Origin: Chthoniobacterales bacterium
Lineage (GTDB): Bacteria > Verrucomicrobiota > Verrucomicrobiia > Chthoniobacterales > JACTMZ01
Assembly: GCA_014879535.1 (NCBI GenBank)
Contig: JACSRX010000029.1
Location: 17,902 to 81,901 of the forward strand
Direction of reading: 5' to 3'
Length of the DNA stretch: 64,000 bases
The translations under genes were made by a program, and so were the position numbers. This document shows, in pieces, positions 34,623 through 42,303 of the stretch; within the stretch, counting starts at the first letter, position 1; every line of letters begins with the position of its first letter. The notes under the pieces were generated by a model. The model saw nothing but the letters and a program-made list of their open reading frames with translations. It did not search any database and had not been told where the DNA came from.

Positions 34623-35279
34623 TCAGGGTATTTTCTCACTCAAGAACACCACCCAATCGTCATTGCCTCCATTTGCCGTTCGGTCCGCAAAACGGCAGTC
34701 AACGAGCGTCTTGAAAGCTGGGGCGAACAGTCCGACGAGCGCTTCGGGGCACGGCAGGATGTCCTTTCCGATGAAATCGCGATCCAAGGGGGGAAAGTTT
34801 TGCGCCACAAGAAGACGTCCGCCGGGGGCAACCAAGGCCGTCAGATTGGACACCACCATGTCGATGGCATCGAACAGATACCAGAAGCACCCGCGGATGA
34901 CCACGAGGTCGTAGGGTTCGGCCGCTTGCATCGGCTTCTTGAGGTCGGCCACCGAGAACCCGATGCCCGGGAACATGGAACCGGCGTTGTGAACGGCCGT
35001 GGGTGAAATGTCGCAACCGAAGATCCGTGCTTGGGGGAGTCGCTTGGCGAGGAGATCGGCGAAATACCCGAGCCCGCATCCCGCCTCGAGCACCTTCCCA
35101 TGCCCGGGAAGCGCGAACTCCGCGATGCCGAGGGCGATTTTGCAGTCAAGCCGGGCGCCATCCTCGTCCTGATGCCACGGTGCCACTGAGGACTTCGAAT
35201 ACATCTGCTCGAACTCCCCCACCAGTCTGCCGTCCTTGAAGACGAAGTCGTGGTAATCGGCGGACTCGATTTCAGCCAT
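34623..35279 (-). CDS. SAM-dependent methyltransferase (NodS-like)
   Basis: Start at ATG 35279 or 35288. APWHQDEDGARLD...GKVLEAGCGLGYFADLLA...YDLVVIRGCFWYL resembles NodS-type methyltransferases. Confidence 0.65.
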   Translation of the reverse strand: MAEIESADYHDFVFKDGRLVGEFEQMYSKSSVAPWHQDEDGARLDCKIALGIAEFALPGHGKVLEAGCGLGYFADLLAKRLPQARIFGCDISPTAVHNAGSMFPGIGFSVADLKKPMQAAEPYDLVVIRGCFWYLFDAIDMVVSNLTALVAPGGRLLVAQNFPPLDRDFIGKDILPCPEALVGLFAPAFKTLVDCRFADRTANGGNDDWVVFLSEKIP

Positions 35280-36279
35280 TGTCGTCATCCGTGAACGAGT
35301 AGGGTGTCGCGGCGCCGGGTTTGGAGGTTTCAGCGTCACCCCAGCCTGCGATCTGGCCGACGATGTCCACCCCGACATTCGAGCTCCATGCATCGATCAG
35401 TCTCCGGTAAATCGGCCCGACGGTGCCCGCGCCGAGCGGGCGCCCCAAATACGACGTGGCCGGCACCATGCAGAACGGCGTGCATGTGAAGAAGGCCTCG
35501 TCGGCCGTCATCACGTCGTAGGGCTCGAGGTTCACCTCGCGGAATGGAATGCCGAGGCCGGCGGCCAGTTCGATCACGTATTGCCGGCTGATCCCCCGAA
35601 GCATGTTGCGGGGCTCCGCGCTGAGAAGTTCCCCGTTTTTGACGATGAAGAAATTCGAGCCTGTTCCTTCCGTCACAAAGCCATCGGGATCCACGAGGAG
35701 CGCCCAGGCATTCTTTCCATTGTAGCGGGAAGCCTCGATGTTCGCCATGAGGTAGTGGATGCGGTTGCGGTTTTTGACCTTGGGTTCGAGAAGCTGGGCC
35801 GGGATCATCCGCTGGGACGGGATGAAGATGTCGATGCCCTCCCGATACAGGTGCTCACTGCCCCGCACGGTCCAGCGCAAGGGGAAATCCGCGACGATGA
35901 GGTTCGGGCCGGAAGGGACATTCACCCGCCCGTCATAAATGCCGAGCAGTCCCCGTGTGACATTGATCAGAAGCCGGTGTTCGTCGTCATCGGCAAAAAG
36001 CGGCTCATTGGCACGCACCACCTCGTCGCAGATCGATTCCAATTCTTCCACGGTCTCGCGCAGTGGGATGCGGAGCCAAGCCGCCGAGGCGACAAGGCGT
36101 TCCAGATGCCCGCGCAGTTTGAACTGCTTCCCGTTGAACGAGCGTGTCATCTCGAAGGCGACATCGCCGAACATCAGTGCGCTGTCATAAATTGAAAGGC
36201 GCGCTTCCGGCTCCGGAACCAGTTTCCCGTTCCAATAGACGAGGCGTTCGCCGCCCCGCTTGCTGTCAGTGTGGCTCAT
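35272..36279 (-). CDS. Class IV PLP aminotransferase (branched-chain/D-amino-acid aminotransferase fold)
   Basis: Start at ATG 36279. SIYDSALMFGDVAFEMTRSF and VTEGTGSNFFIVKNGELLSAEPRNMLRGISR fit the class IV pattern. Confidence 0.8.
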   Translation of the reverse strand: MSHTDSKRGGERLVYWNGKLVPEPEARLSIYDSALMFGDVAFEMTRSFNGKQFKLRGHLERLVASAAWLRIPLRETVEELESICDEVVRANEPLFADDDEHRLLINVTRGLLGIYDGRVNVPSGPNLIVADFPLRWTVRGSEHLYREGIDIFIPSQRMIPAQLLEPKVKNRNRIHYLMANIEASRYNGKNAWALLVDPDGFVTEGTGSNFFIVKNGELLSAEPRNMLRGISRQYVIELAAGLGIPFREVNLEPYDVMTADEAFFTCTPFCMVPATSYLGRPLGAGTVGPIYRRLIDAWSSNVGVDIVGQIAGWGDAETSKPGAATPYSFTDDDNG

Positions 36280-37010
36280 TGGTGTTTGGTCGGAGGATCG
36301 GGAATGGAGGCCTGAAGTTTGGAGGCAAAAAGCAGGCGGCACAACTCCAAGCCGTCCGCACTGTCGATCTCGAACGCCTTCCACGGCTCGACTTCCTGCA
36401 CCCCGATGCGGCCGTGCAGCCGGTTCCGGGTTCGTCTCAAGCCCTCAAGATCCGTGAGATAGAACGATCCCGTCTCGATCCAGAGCGGCTCATCAGGCCT
36501 GTCCTGGCGCCGCCCCCGGGCACGATGGTCGAAATTCAGGCTTTCGAGTTCCTCACCCCTTTGCCTCCAGATGCAGAAGTCCTCCGCCGGAGCCGCGCTG
36601 AACAGAGAATCGAACTTGCGGGCTTGGAATGTCTCCACAGCGGCATTGAGCTCGGCAACTTCGCGCAGCGGCGAAGTTGCCTGGAGGAACATCAGATGAG
36701 TCGGGTCGAAACCTCGGGCTTCCACCTCTCCGGCCGCATGGATCAGGGCCGATTCGGAACTGGCCGTGTCACCGCTCAATTCCGGCGGCCGATCGACCAC
36801 CTCAGCTCCATACCTGCGGGCAACCGCCGCAATGTCGGCATCATCCGTCGAGACCCAGACTCCCCGGACCGCGGCGCAGCAGCGCGCGCAGGCAATGCTC
36901 CAAGCCAGCAGCGGATGACCGCAGAAATCCGTGATGTTCTTGCCGGGGAGCCCCTTAGAGCCACCGCGTGCGGGAATGATGGCGTGGATGTTCAAGCGGA
37001 CGCCGGCCAA
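36276..37010 (-). CDS. NeuA/KdsB-type cytidylyltransferase, copy 2
   Basis: HAIIPARGGSKGLPGKNITDFCGHPLLAW. The start overlaps the 3' end of the NeuB-like gene by 19 nt. Confidence 0.8.
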   Translation of the reverse strand: MAGVRLNIHAIIPARGGSKGLPGKNITDFCGHPLLAWSIACARCCAAVRGVWVSTDDADIAAVARRYGAEVVDRPPELSGDTASSESALIHAAGEVEARGFDPTHLMFLQATSPLREVAELNAAVETFQARKFDSLFSAAPAEDFCIWRQRGEELESLNFDHRARGRRQDRPDEPLWIETGSFYLTDLEGLRRTRNRLHGRIGVQEVEPWKAFEIDSADGLELCRLLFASKLQASIPDPPTKHQ

Positions 37011-37891
37011 TACCTGAGCTTGCCGGCCACGGCCTTCTCGGCGTCGCTGACGCGCTTGATGCCGTCGCCGAGCACCGCCGGCAACTTGCGTATCTGGGAC
37101 ACAAGCGTTTCAAGCCCCGGCTTTTCAAGCGAGGCGGCCTGGTCGCTGCCATACATGGCGCGATCGAGGGTGATGTGGCGCTCGACGACCACGGCACCGA
37201 GGGCGGCCGCCATGACCGAGGGTGAAACGCTCACCTCATGCCCGCTGTAGCCGACGGGGACACCGTAGCGCTTCCTGAGCTCCTGCATGGCGAGCAGATT
37301 GAGGTCTTCCTCGGCGCACGGGTAGGTGCTGACCGTGTGCATGATGGTGAAGGGACAGTTGTGCTTGCGCAGGATGGCGACGGCCTTGTCCACATCCTCG
37401 TAGGTGCACATGCCGACGGAGAGGAACGTCGGCTTCTTCTCCGAGGCGACGGCTTCCACAAACTCCGGATGCGTGGCCATGGCCGAGGCGATTTTGTTGT
37501 AGGGGAGATCGTAGGATCGGAGAAATTCCTGACTGGGGATGTCCCAAGCCGAGGCGAACCATGCGATGCCCTTGTCGCGGCAGTAAGCGTCGATTTCGTC
37601 GTATTGCGCCTTGCTAAACTCGAGGCCTTCCTTCTGTTCCTTTGTCGTTGTTCCCCACGGGCTCTGCCGCGGCGTGGCCAGAACCTCCGGGCTGTAAACG
37701 ATGTCGATCGTCCTCTTCTGGAACTTGACCGCATCGCATCCCGCCTCCGCCGCCATGTCGATCAGCTGCTTGGTGATGCCCATGTCACCGTTGTGGTTGA
37801 TGCCGATCTCGGCGAAAATCAGGCATTTCTCCGGGACGCTGAAGGCATCGACGCTGACGGCATTCCCGCTGTTTTGTGTGCTTTTTGTCAT
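36992..37891 (-). CDS. NeuB-family PEP-condensing sugar-acid synthase, TIM-barrel domain only (no SAF domain)
   Basis: LIFAEIGINHNGDMGITKQLIDMAAEAGCDAVKFQKRT and YSGHEVSVSPSVMAAALGAVVVERHITLDRA are NeuB/PseI/LegI motifs. At 299 aa it ends before the C-terminal SAF/antifreeze-like domain of canonical ~345-aa NeuB. Confidence 0.75.
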   Translation of the reverse strand: MTKSTQNSGNAVSVDAFSVPEKCLIFAEIGINHNGDMGITKQLIDMAAEAGCDAVKFQKRTIDIVYSPEVLATPRQSPWGTTTKEQKEGLEFSKAQYDEIDAYCRDKGIAWFASAWDIPSQEFLRSYDLPYNKIASAMATHPEFVEAVASEKKPTFLSVGMCTYEDVDKAVAILRKHNCPFTIMHTVSTYPCAEEDLNLLAMQELRKRYGVPVGYSGHEVSVSPSVMAAALGAVVVERHITLDRAMYGSDQAASLEKPGLETLVSQIRKLPAVLGDGIKRVSDAEKAVAGKLRYWPASA

Positions 37892-37904
37892 AGGGTTGTT
37901 GGGT

Positions 37905-38414
37905 TCAGAGATTGGTGGCCCGGGAGCCGTTCAGTTGGGCGTCCATGTCGATGGACAGGATCTGCTCGACGATCTCGCGGACGATTCCAGAGCCTCCCGG
38001 GGTTGACAAGCAATACGTGGCCATCGCCTTCACGCTCGGATGTGCATCGGACGGACATGCGACAAAGGCGCACAAGGCTGCCGCAGGAAGGTCGTTCACG
38101 TCATTCCCGACATAGAGCGTGCGATCCAGGGGAAAACCCTCTTCTTTCGCCAAGGCCCGCAGGCTGGCGGCTTTGTCGGAGGCTCCATGGACAGCGCGGA
38201 TCCGCAGTTTCTCCGCACGCCTGGCCACAACCGTGTTCTTCTCCGTCGAGAGAATGAAGAGCTTGAGATGGGTTTTGCGCAGGACGTCGAACGCCAATCC
38301 GTCGCGCCGGGAGCAACTGACCGTTTCCCGGCCATCCTGGTCGACCCAGACCCGGTCGTCGGTGAGAACGCCGTCAAAATCGAAAACGATGGCCTCGAGT
38401 TCGCTGAGGGTCAT
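37905..38414 (-). CDS. KdsC-type HAD-IIIA sugar-acid phosphate phosphatase
   Basis: Start at the internal ATG 38414. DxDxT motif VFDFDGVLTDD, then RRDGLAFDVLRK...YVGNDVNDLPA as in Kdo-8-P/KDN-9-P phosphatases. Confidence 0.75.
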   Translation of the reverse strand: MTLSELEAIVFDFDGVLTDDRVWVDQDGRETVSCSRRDGLAFDVLRKTHLKLFILSTEKNTVVARRAEKLRIRAVHGASDKAASLRALAKEEGFPLDRTLYVGNDVNDLPAAALCAFVACPSDAHPSVKAMATYCLSTPGGSGIVREIVEQILSIDMDAQLNGSRATNL

Positions 38415-38466
38415 GAAATTGTTCGCGGGGACTGGAGACGGGAGGCTAACTCTCCCCCGCGGCGTG

Positions 38467-39507
38467 TCAAGGGATCGGCAGCCCGGCCCCGGCGGTGGGG
38501 GTGTAATCCCTAACCACCACCATGCCCGGGGAGCGTCCGTAGTTCGCATAGCATGTGGCAGCCATGACTTTTTCAATGGGGGTGCGGATTTCTTCGCTTG
38601 CGACGTGGAACGAGATCAAGCGTCCGTCCGGCGCCACCCCGCTCAAGCGGAGCGTGTCCAGCACCGTCGAGTAGAACCCCGCCACGAACGAGGGCTTCTG
38701 CCCCCCCTGCAGCATGCTCATCTCGAACGGCAGTTCGCCCAGGACGATTTCAATGCGGAGTTCCGCAAAAACCGACTCTTTGAGGTGCATGTGCTCGGTG
38801 CGATGGGCGTAATACCGGATTGGCCTCGAGCCGAAATGGGCGCGGATCCCGCGCATCAGTTCGAAGAATCTTGGATAGGACATCTCCTCGTTGTCCGGAA
38901 GGTTCGAACCGACGAACAGGACAGGGCCTGCGTCGTCGAATTCGATGCTCCTTCGGACAAAGCCGAGGCGGTTCCTCTCGAGCCTGTCGGGGGGGTGGAT
39001 TTCGAGATCATAGATCGAGAAGAATGTCAGCGCCGGAGGGAGCTCGGGATCGAATTTCAGAAGTCTGTTGGCGCCCTTGGCGGGATAGCGGGCATCCCTC
39101 ACCCCGCGGTATCGGAAGTCGGAGAATGAAAGGGACGACGTGCCGTCATCCACAAGATGGAACTCTGCACCAGTGCAAAGATTCGCCGCCGCAACCATCA
39201 TGCCCAGCGCATATTCGCCCACATGGACTCTGGCAACGGGCTGCAAACGAGAGATCCAGTGGCGCAGCACCATCCAGTTCCAGAGCTTTCCGAGCGTTGA
39301 TGTCCTGCACGGCAGTCGGTGCAAGGGCTGCCACTTCAGAAAGCGCAGGGTGTTTTCAACCAGCCTGTTGTGGTAGGCATTCTCTTTCTCGAGAAGGATC
39401 AGATCGTGCTCCACGCCATCCCCGTCCCGCTCCCTCGCCTCGAAGGCGTTCAAAATCTGGAGGGGTGACTGGGCGAGATAAAGATGCCTGACTTTGGTTG
39501 CCTTCAA
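38467..39507 (-). CDS. Putative sialyltransferase-like GT-B transferase (CMP-ulosonic acid transferase candidate)
   Basis: There is no in-frame ATG near the conserved N-terminus. A TTG at 39507, 6 nt after the upstream stop, is proposed as the start (..KATKVRHLYLAQSPLQILNAFEA). A D-D-G motif (HLVDDGTSS) and YYAHRTEH sit where bacterial GT38/52/80 sialyltransferases carry D/E-D/E-G and H-P. The call is tentative. Confidence 0.4.
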   Translation of the reverse strand: MKATKVRHLYLAQSPLQILNAFEARERDGDGVEHDLILLEKENAYHNRLVENTLRFLKWQPLHRLPCRTSTLGKLWNWMVLRHWISRLQPVARVHVGEYALGMMVAAANLCTGAEFHLVDDGTSSLSFSDFRYRGVRDARYPAKGANRLLKFDPELPPALTFFSIYDLEIHPPDRLERNRLGFVRRSIEFDDAGPVLFVGSNLPDNEEMSYPRFFELMRGIRAHFGSRPIRYYAHRTEHMHLKESVFAELRIEIVLGELPFEMSMLQGGQKPSFVAGFYSTVLDTLRLSGVAPDGRLISFHVASEEIRTPIEKVMAATCYANYGRSPGMVVVRDYTPTAGAGLPIP

Positions 39508-39512
39508 CGGAT

Positions 39513-40667
39513 TCAAACAGACCGGCTGCTGCAGAGACCCTGCAGGTCGGCAGCGAGCCGGCCCCAAGTGTAGCGCGTTTCGATGAGATTGCGTGCCGCG
39601 GAACCGCGCTCCCGGCGTTCCGCATCGTCCGCCGCCAAGGCTTGCCGCAACGCCCGTTCGAGGTCCCCGGACTCCGGAAGACACTCCCACGCGCCACCGG
39701 CGGCGGTCAGCTCGGGGAAGTTGCACTCGCTCGTCTGGACCGCGGGAACTCGGTGCGCGGCGGCCTCCAACACGGCCATCGGGAAGCCCTCGGAATACGA
39801 CGGGAGCACGAACATGTCCGCCGTGCGCAGCAGCGCGTGCTTCTCGGCGCCAGCCACCGTGCCGCAAATCCGGCAAGCGTCGCCGCCACCCGTCTCGGAG
39901 ATCATTCGTTCGACTTTCGCACGGTAACCGCCTTCATCCGGCCCCACGATGAGGAGTTCCCAATCCGGAAATTCCCCCACCAGCCTCCCCCACGCCGGCA
40001 CCAGCAGGTCGAGCCCCTTCTTCGGATGGATCCGCGACAAGAAAAGGAGACGCTTGGGACGCTTGCGCGTCGTCCAAGCGGAGGGACATGCGGAGGGTGA
40101 CTCCTCGTCGTTACTCTTCACTCCCGCCGAGTCACACTCGGCGAGGTCAACCCCGTTCGGGATGACTTCGATCTTTGCCTGCTTGCCAACCACGGCACGG
40201 ATTTGGTCCGCCTCTTTTGCCGACAGTGCCCGCCACCAGCGGACGTGCGAGAAATTCCTGTCCTCGAAGAGCCAATGCGCGAGCTGCTTTTTTTTCTTGG
40301 AGCGGCGGAGGATCCACGGGTCGAAAAAACCGTGCGGATGATAGACAAGCGGGCGTCCTCGCCGCCGGGCCTCGCCGCCGAGCCACATGTTGGTCCACAC
40401 GTAGAGCCCGTGTCCGTGGAACCACTCGGCGCCGGCGACCGCATCCGCGGCGAGCCTCTTCAACTCCGGCGCATAGAAAGCCCTCGCCGGTGCCCTGCGC
40501 ACACCTTGGATGACGTCCGGCCAAGTCTGCGCAAAATCGGAGGAACGAGTGGAAAGCAACTTGCTCCCTGCCCCTGCGGCTTGCATCGCAAGATGCAGCG
40601 AAAGCGCCGCTTGGCCGAGACCCGCCCCCTGCAGCGGTTCGAGCGACTGGACAAAATGGAGGTGCAT
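39513..40667 (-). CDS. GT4-family glycosyltransferase
   Basis: FVLPSYSEGFPMAVLEAAAHRVPAVQTSECNFPEL motif. The interdomain linker holds a low-complexity insert. Confidence 0.8.
   Translation of the reverse strand: MHLHFVQSLEPLQGAGLGQAALSLHLAMQAAGAGSKLLSTRSSDFAQTWPDVIQGVRRAPARAFYAPELKRLAADAVAGAEWFHGHGLYVWTNMWLGGEARRRGRPLVYHPHGFFDPWILRRSKKKKQLAHWLFEDRNFSHVRWWRALSAKEADQIRAVVGKQAKIEVIPNGVDLAECDSAGVKSNDEESPSACPSAWTTRKRPKRLLFLSRIHPKKGLDLLVPAWGRLVGEFPDWELLIVGPDEGGYRAKVERMISETGGGDACRICGTVAGAEKHALLRTADMFVLPSYSEGFPMAVLEAAAHRVPAVQTSECNFPELTAAGGAWECLPESGDLERALRQALAADDAERRERGSAARNLIETRYTWGRLAADLQGLCSSRSV
40097..40138. repeat. Imperfect heptanucleotide module (6 x 7 nt), TCAC/GTGAC family
   Basis: GTGACTC CTCGTCG TTACTCT TCACTCC CGCCGAG TCACACT. 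Lies inside the third GT4 CDS (..GVKSNDEESPSAC..). Confidence 0.75.
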
Positions 40668-40676
40668 GAGGTGCAG

Positions 40677-41738
40677 CTACTTCGCGTCATGAACGCGCGC
40701 CTTCCATGCATCCACGATCTGCCGGATGGTCTCCTCCAGCGAAACGGTGATGTCCCAAGCGGGATAATGGGCGCGCATTTTGGCGAGGTTGCTGATGTAG
40801 CAGATGTGGTCGCCGATGCGGTTCTCGTCCACGTATTGCCACACCTGCTTTTTGCCGCTGAATTTTTCCGTGATGGCGAAGGCTTCCAGGATCGAGCACG
40901 AGTTGTCGCGGCCTCCGCCGATGTTGTAAACCTCCGCCACGCGCGGGGCCTTCAGGAACTCCTCGATGAAACGGGCCACGTCGTGGCTGTGGATGTTGTC
41001 GCGGACCTGCTTGCCCTTGTATCCGAACACCCTGTATTCCCGCCCCTCCAGGTTGCATTTGACCAGATAGCTGAGGAACCCGTGCAGTTCGACGCCGGAA
41101 TGATTCGGGCCGGTGAGACATCCGCCCCGCAGGCAGCAGCAGGGAATACCGAAGTAGCGCCCGTATTCCTGAACCATGATATCCGCCGCGGCCTTCGAGG
41201 CGCCGAACAGCGAATGCTTCGACTGGTCGATGGAAAAGTCCTCGGCGATGCCGTCCGCATAGGCGGGATCGTCGTAGTCCCAGCGCGTCTCGAGCTCGCG
41301 CAAGGCAATGGTGTTCGGGCGGTCACCGTAAACTTTGTTGGTGGACATGTGGACGAACGGCGACTCCGGGCACGACCGCCGCACCGCCTCGAGGAGGTTC
41401 AGCGTGCCGGCGGCATTGGTGTCGAAATCATCGAAAGGAATCGCGGCCGCCCGGTCATGGCTCGGTTGCGCAGCGGTGTGCACGATGGCATCGGGTCTCA
41501 AGTCCGCGATGAGCCGAAGAACCCCTTCCCGGTCGCGGATATCGAGTTCGTGGTGCAGGAAGCCCCTGATCCGCCCGGCCAGGCGGTTCTGGTTCCAACG
41601 CGTGTCCCCCTGCGGTCCGAAGAACACGGCCCGCTGGTTGTTGTCCAAACCGTGGATTTCCCAGCCGAGATCGGCAAAATGCAGGCACACTTCGGACCCG
41701 ATCAGGCCCGACGAACCGGTGACGAGGAGTTTGTTCAT
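40677..41738 (-). CDS. Extended-SDR NAD-dependent epimerase/dehydratase (CDP-tyvelose/paratose 2-epimerase-like)
   Basis: Start at the internal ATG 41738. [24 protein letters not shown]. The SDR YxxxK position reads FGASK (see findings). Confidence 0.75.
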   Translation of the reverse strand: MNKLLVTGSSGLIGSEVCLHFADLGWEIHGLDNNQRAVFFGPQGDTRWNQNRLAGRIRGFLHHELDIRDREGVLRLIADLRPDAIVHTAAQPSHDRAAAIPFDDFDTNAAGTLNLLEAVRRSCPESPFVHMSTNKVYGDRPNTIALRELETRWDYDDPAYADGIAEDFSIDQSKHSLFGASKAAADIMVQEYGRYFGIPCCCLRGGCLTGPNHSGVELHGFLSYLVKCNLEGREYRVFGYKGKQVRDNIHSHDVARFIEEFLKAPRVAEVYNIGGGRDNSCSILEAFAITEKFSGKKQVWQYVDENRIGDHICYISNLAKMRAHYPAWDITVSLEETIRQIVDAWKARVHDAK

Positions 41739-41784
41739 GGCAACCGAGTTGAGAGCTGGATACTGAGGGATGTGGGATCCGGAT

Positions 41785-42303
41785 TCATCGGTCTTCCGCA
41801 ATCTGTTTGACCATGGGGAGAAGCCCGGACACGACGCGATGCCATGCCCGGATCTTGTCGAGGCGTTGGCTCTGGAATTCGGCCTCGGCATCGCTCGGGT
41901 CGATGGAGTCCGCCAACTCCCCGATATGATCGGCGCCGTTCTCGACATGGGGCTCAACCTTGAGCCGCAGATATCCCGCCGCCAGCTTGCGCAGGTTGAG
42001 TTCGGCACGGTAGTGCTCTTTGCGGACCCCCGGAAGATGCACCCGTTCGACGGCTCCGATGTGCATGAGCCACTTGATGGCATCATGGGTCCCTCCCCGG
42101 CTCGATCCGAGCATGGCGATGAGTTCGTCGAGATTGAGCGGACGCGGAGTGGCAAAAAGGAGCCCGTAAACCTGGCCGATGGACCGGGGGAGCGAAAACA
42201 CCGCCGCGGCGCGCACGAACAGGGTGATGCACCGGGATTGGAACTCCCCCGGTTGCGAATGCACCATGCGCCTTTTCCGGGGCTCGATTTGCAGGCGTTT
42301 CAC
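41785..42303 (-). CDS. GbsR/MarR-like winged-helix transcriptional regulator
   Basis: 172 aa. [50 protein letters not shown] resembles the GbsR/MarR wHTH. It is the first gene of the minus-strand operon. Alternative start at 42267. Confidence 0.6.
   Translation of the reverse strand: MKRLQIEPRKRRMVHSQPGEFQSRCITLFVRAAAVFSLPRSIGQVYGLLFATPRPLNLDELIAMLGSSRGGTHDAIKWLMHIGAVERVHLPGVRKEHYRAELNLRKLAAGYLRLKVEPHVENGADHIGELADSIDPSDAEAEFQSQRLDKIRAWHRVVSGLLPMVKQIAEDR

Noticed and set aside
38425-38460. Imperfect GC hairpin (GCGGGG...GGGAG-GCTAACT-CTCCC..CCCCGC) between the sialyltransferase-like and KdsC-like genes
   Set aside because: The alternative pairings are short (5-6 bp) and there is no U-tract, so there is not enough evidence for a terminator or riboswitch.
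40677-42155. Long N-terminal extensions of track ORFs (for example 40677-42155, 25632-26849, 38467-39876, 28360-29091, 37905-38576, 2297-3910, 799-1785)
   Set aside because: The extensions overlap the upstream gene or intergenic DNA, have non-protein-like composition, and precede an internal start that gives a canonical N-terminus (Rossmann motif, signal peptide or DxDxT). Shorter coordinates were used.
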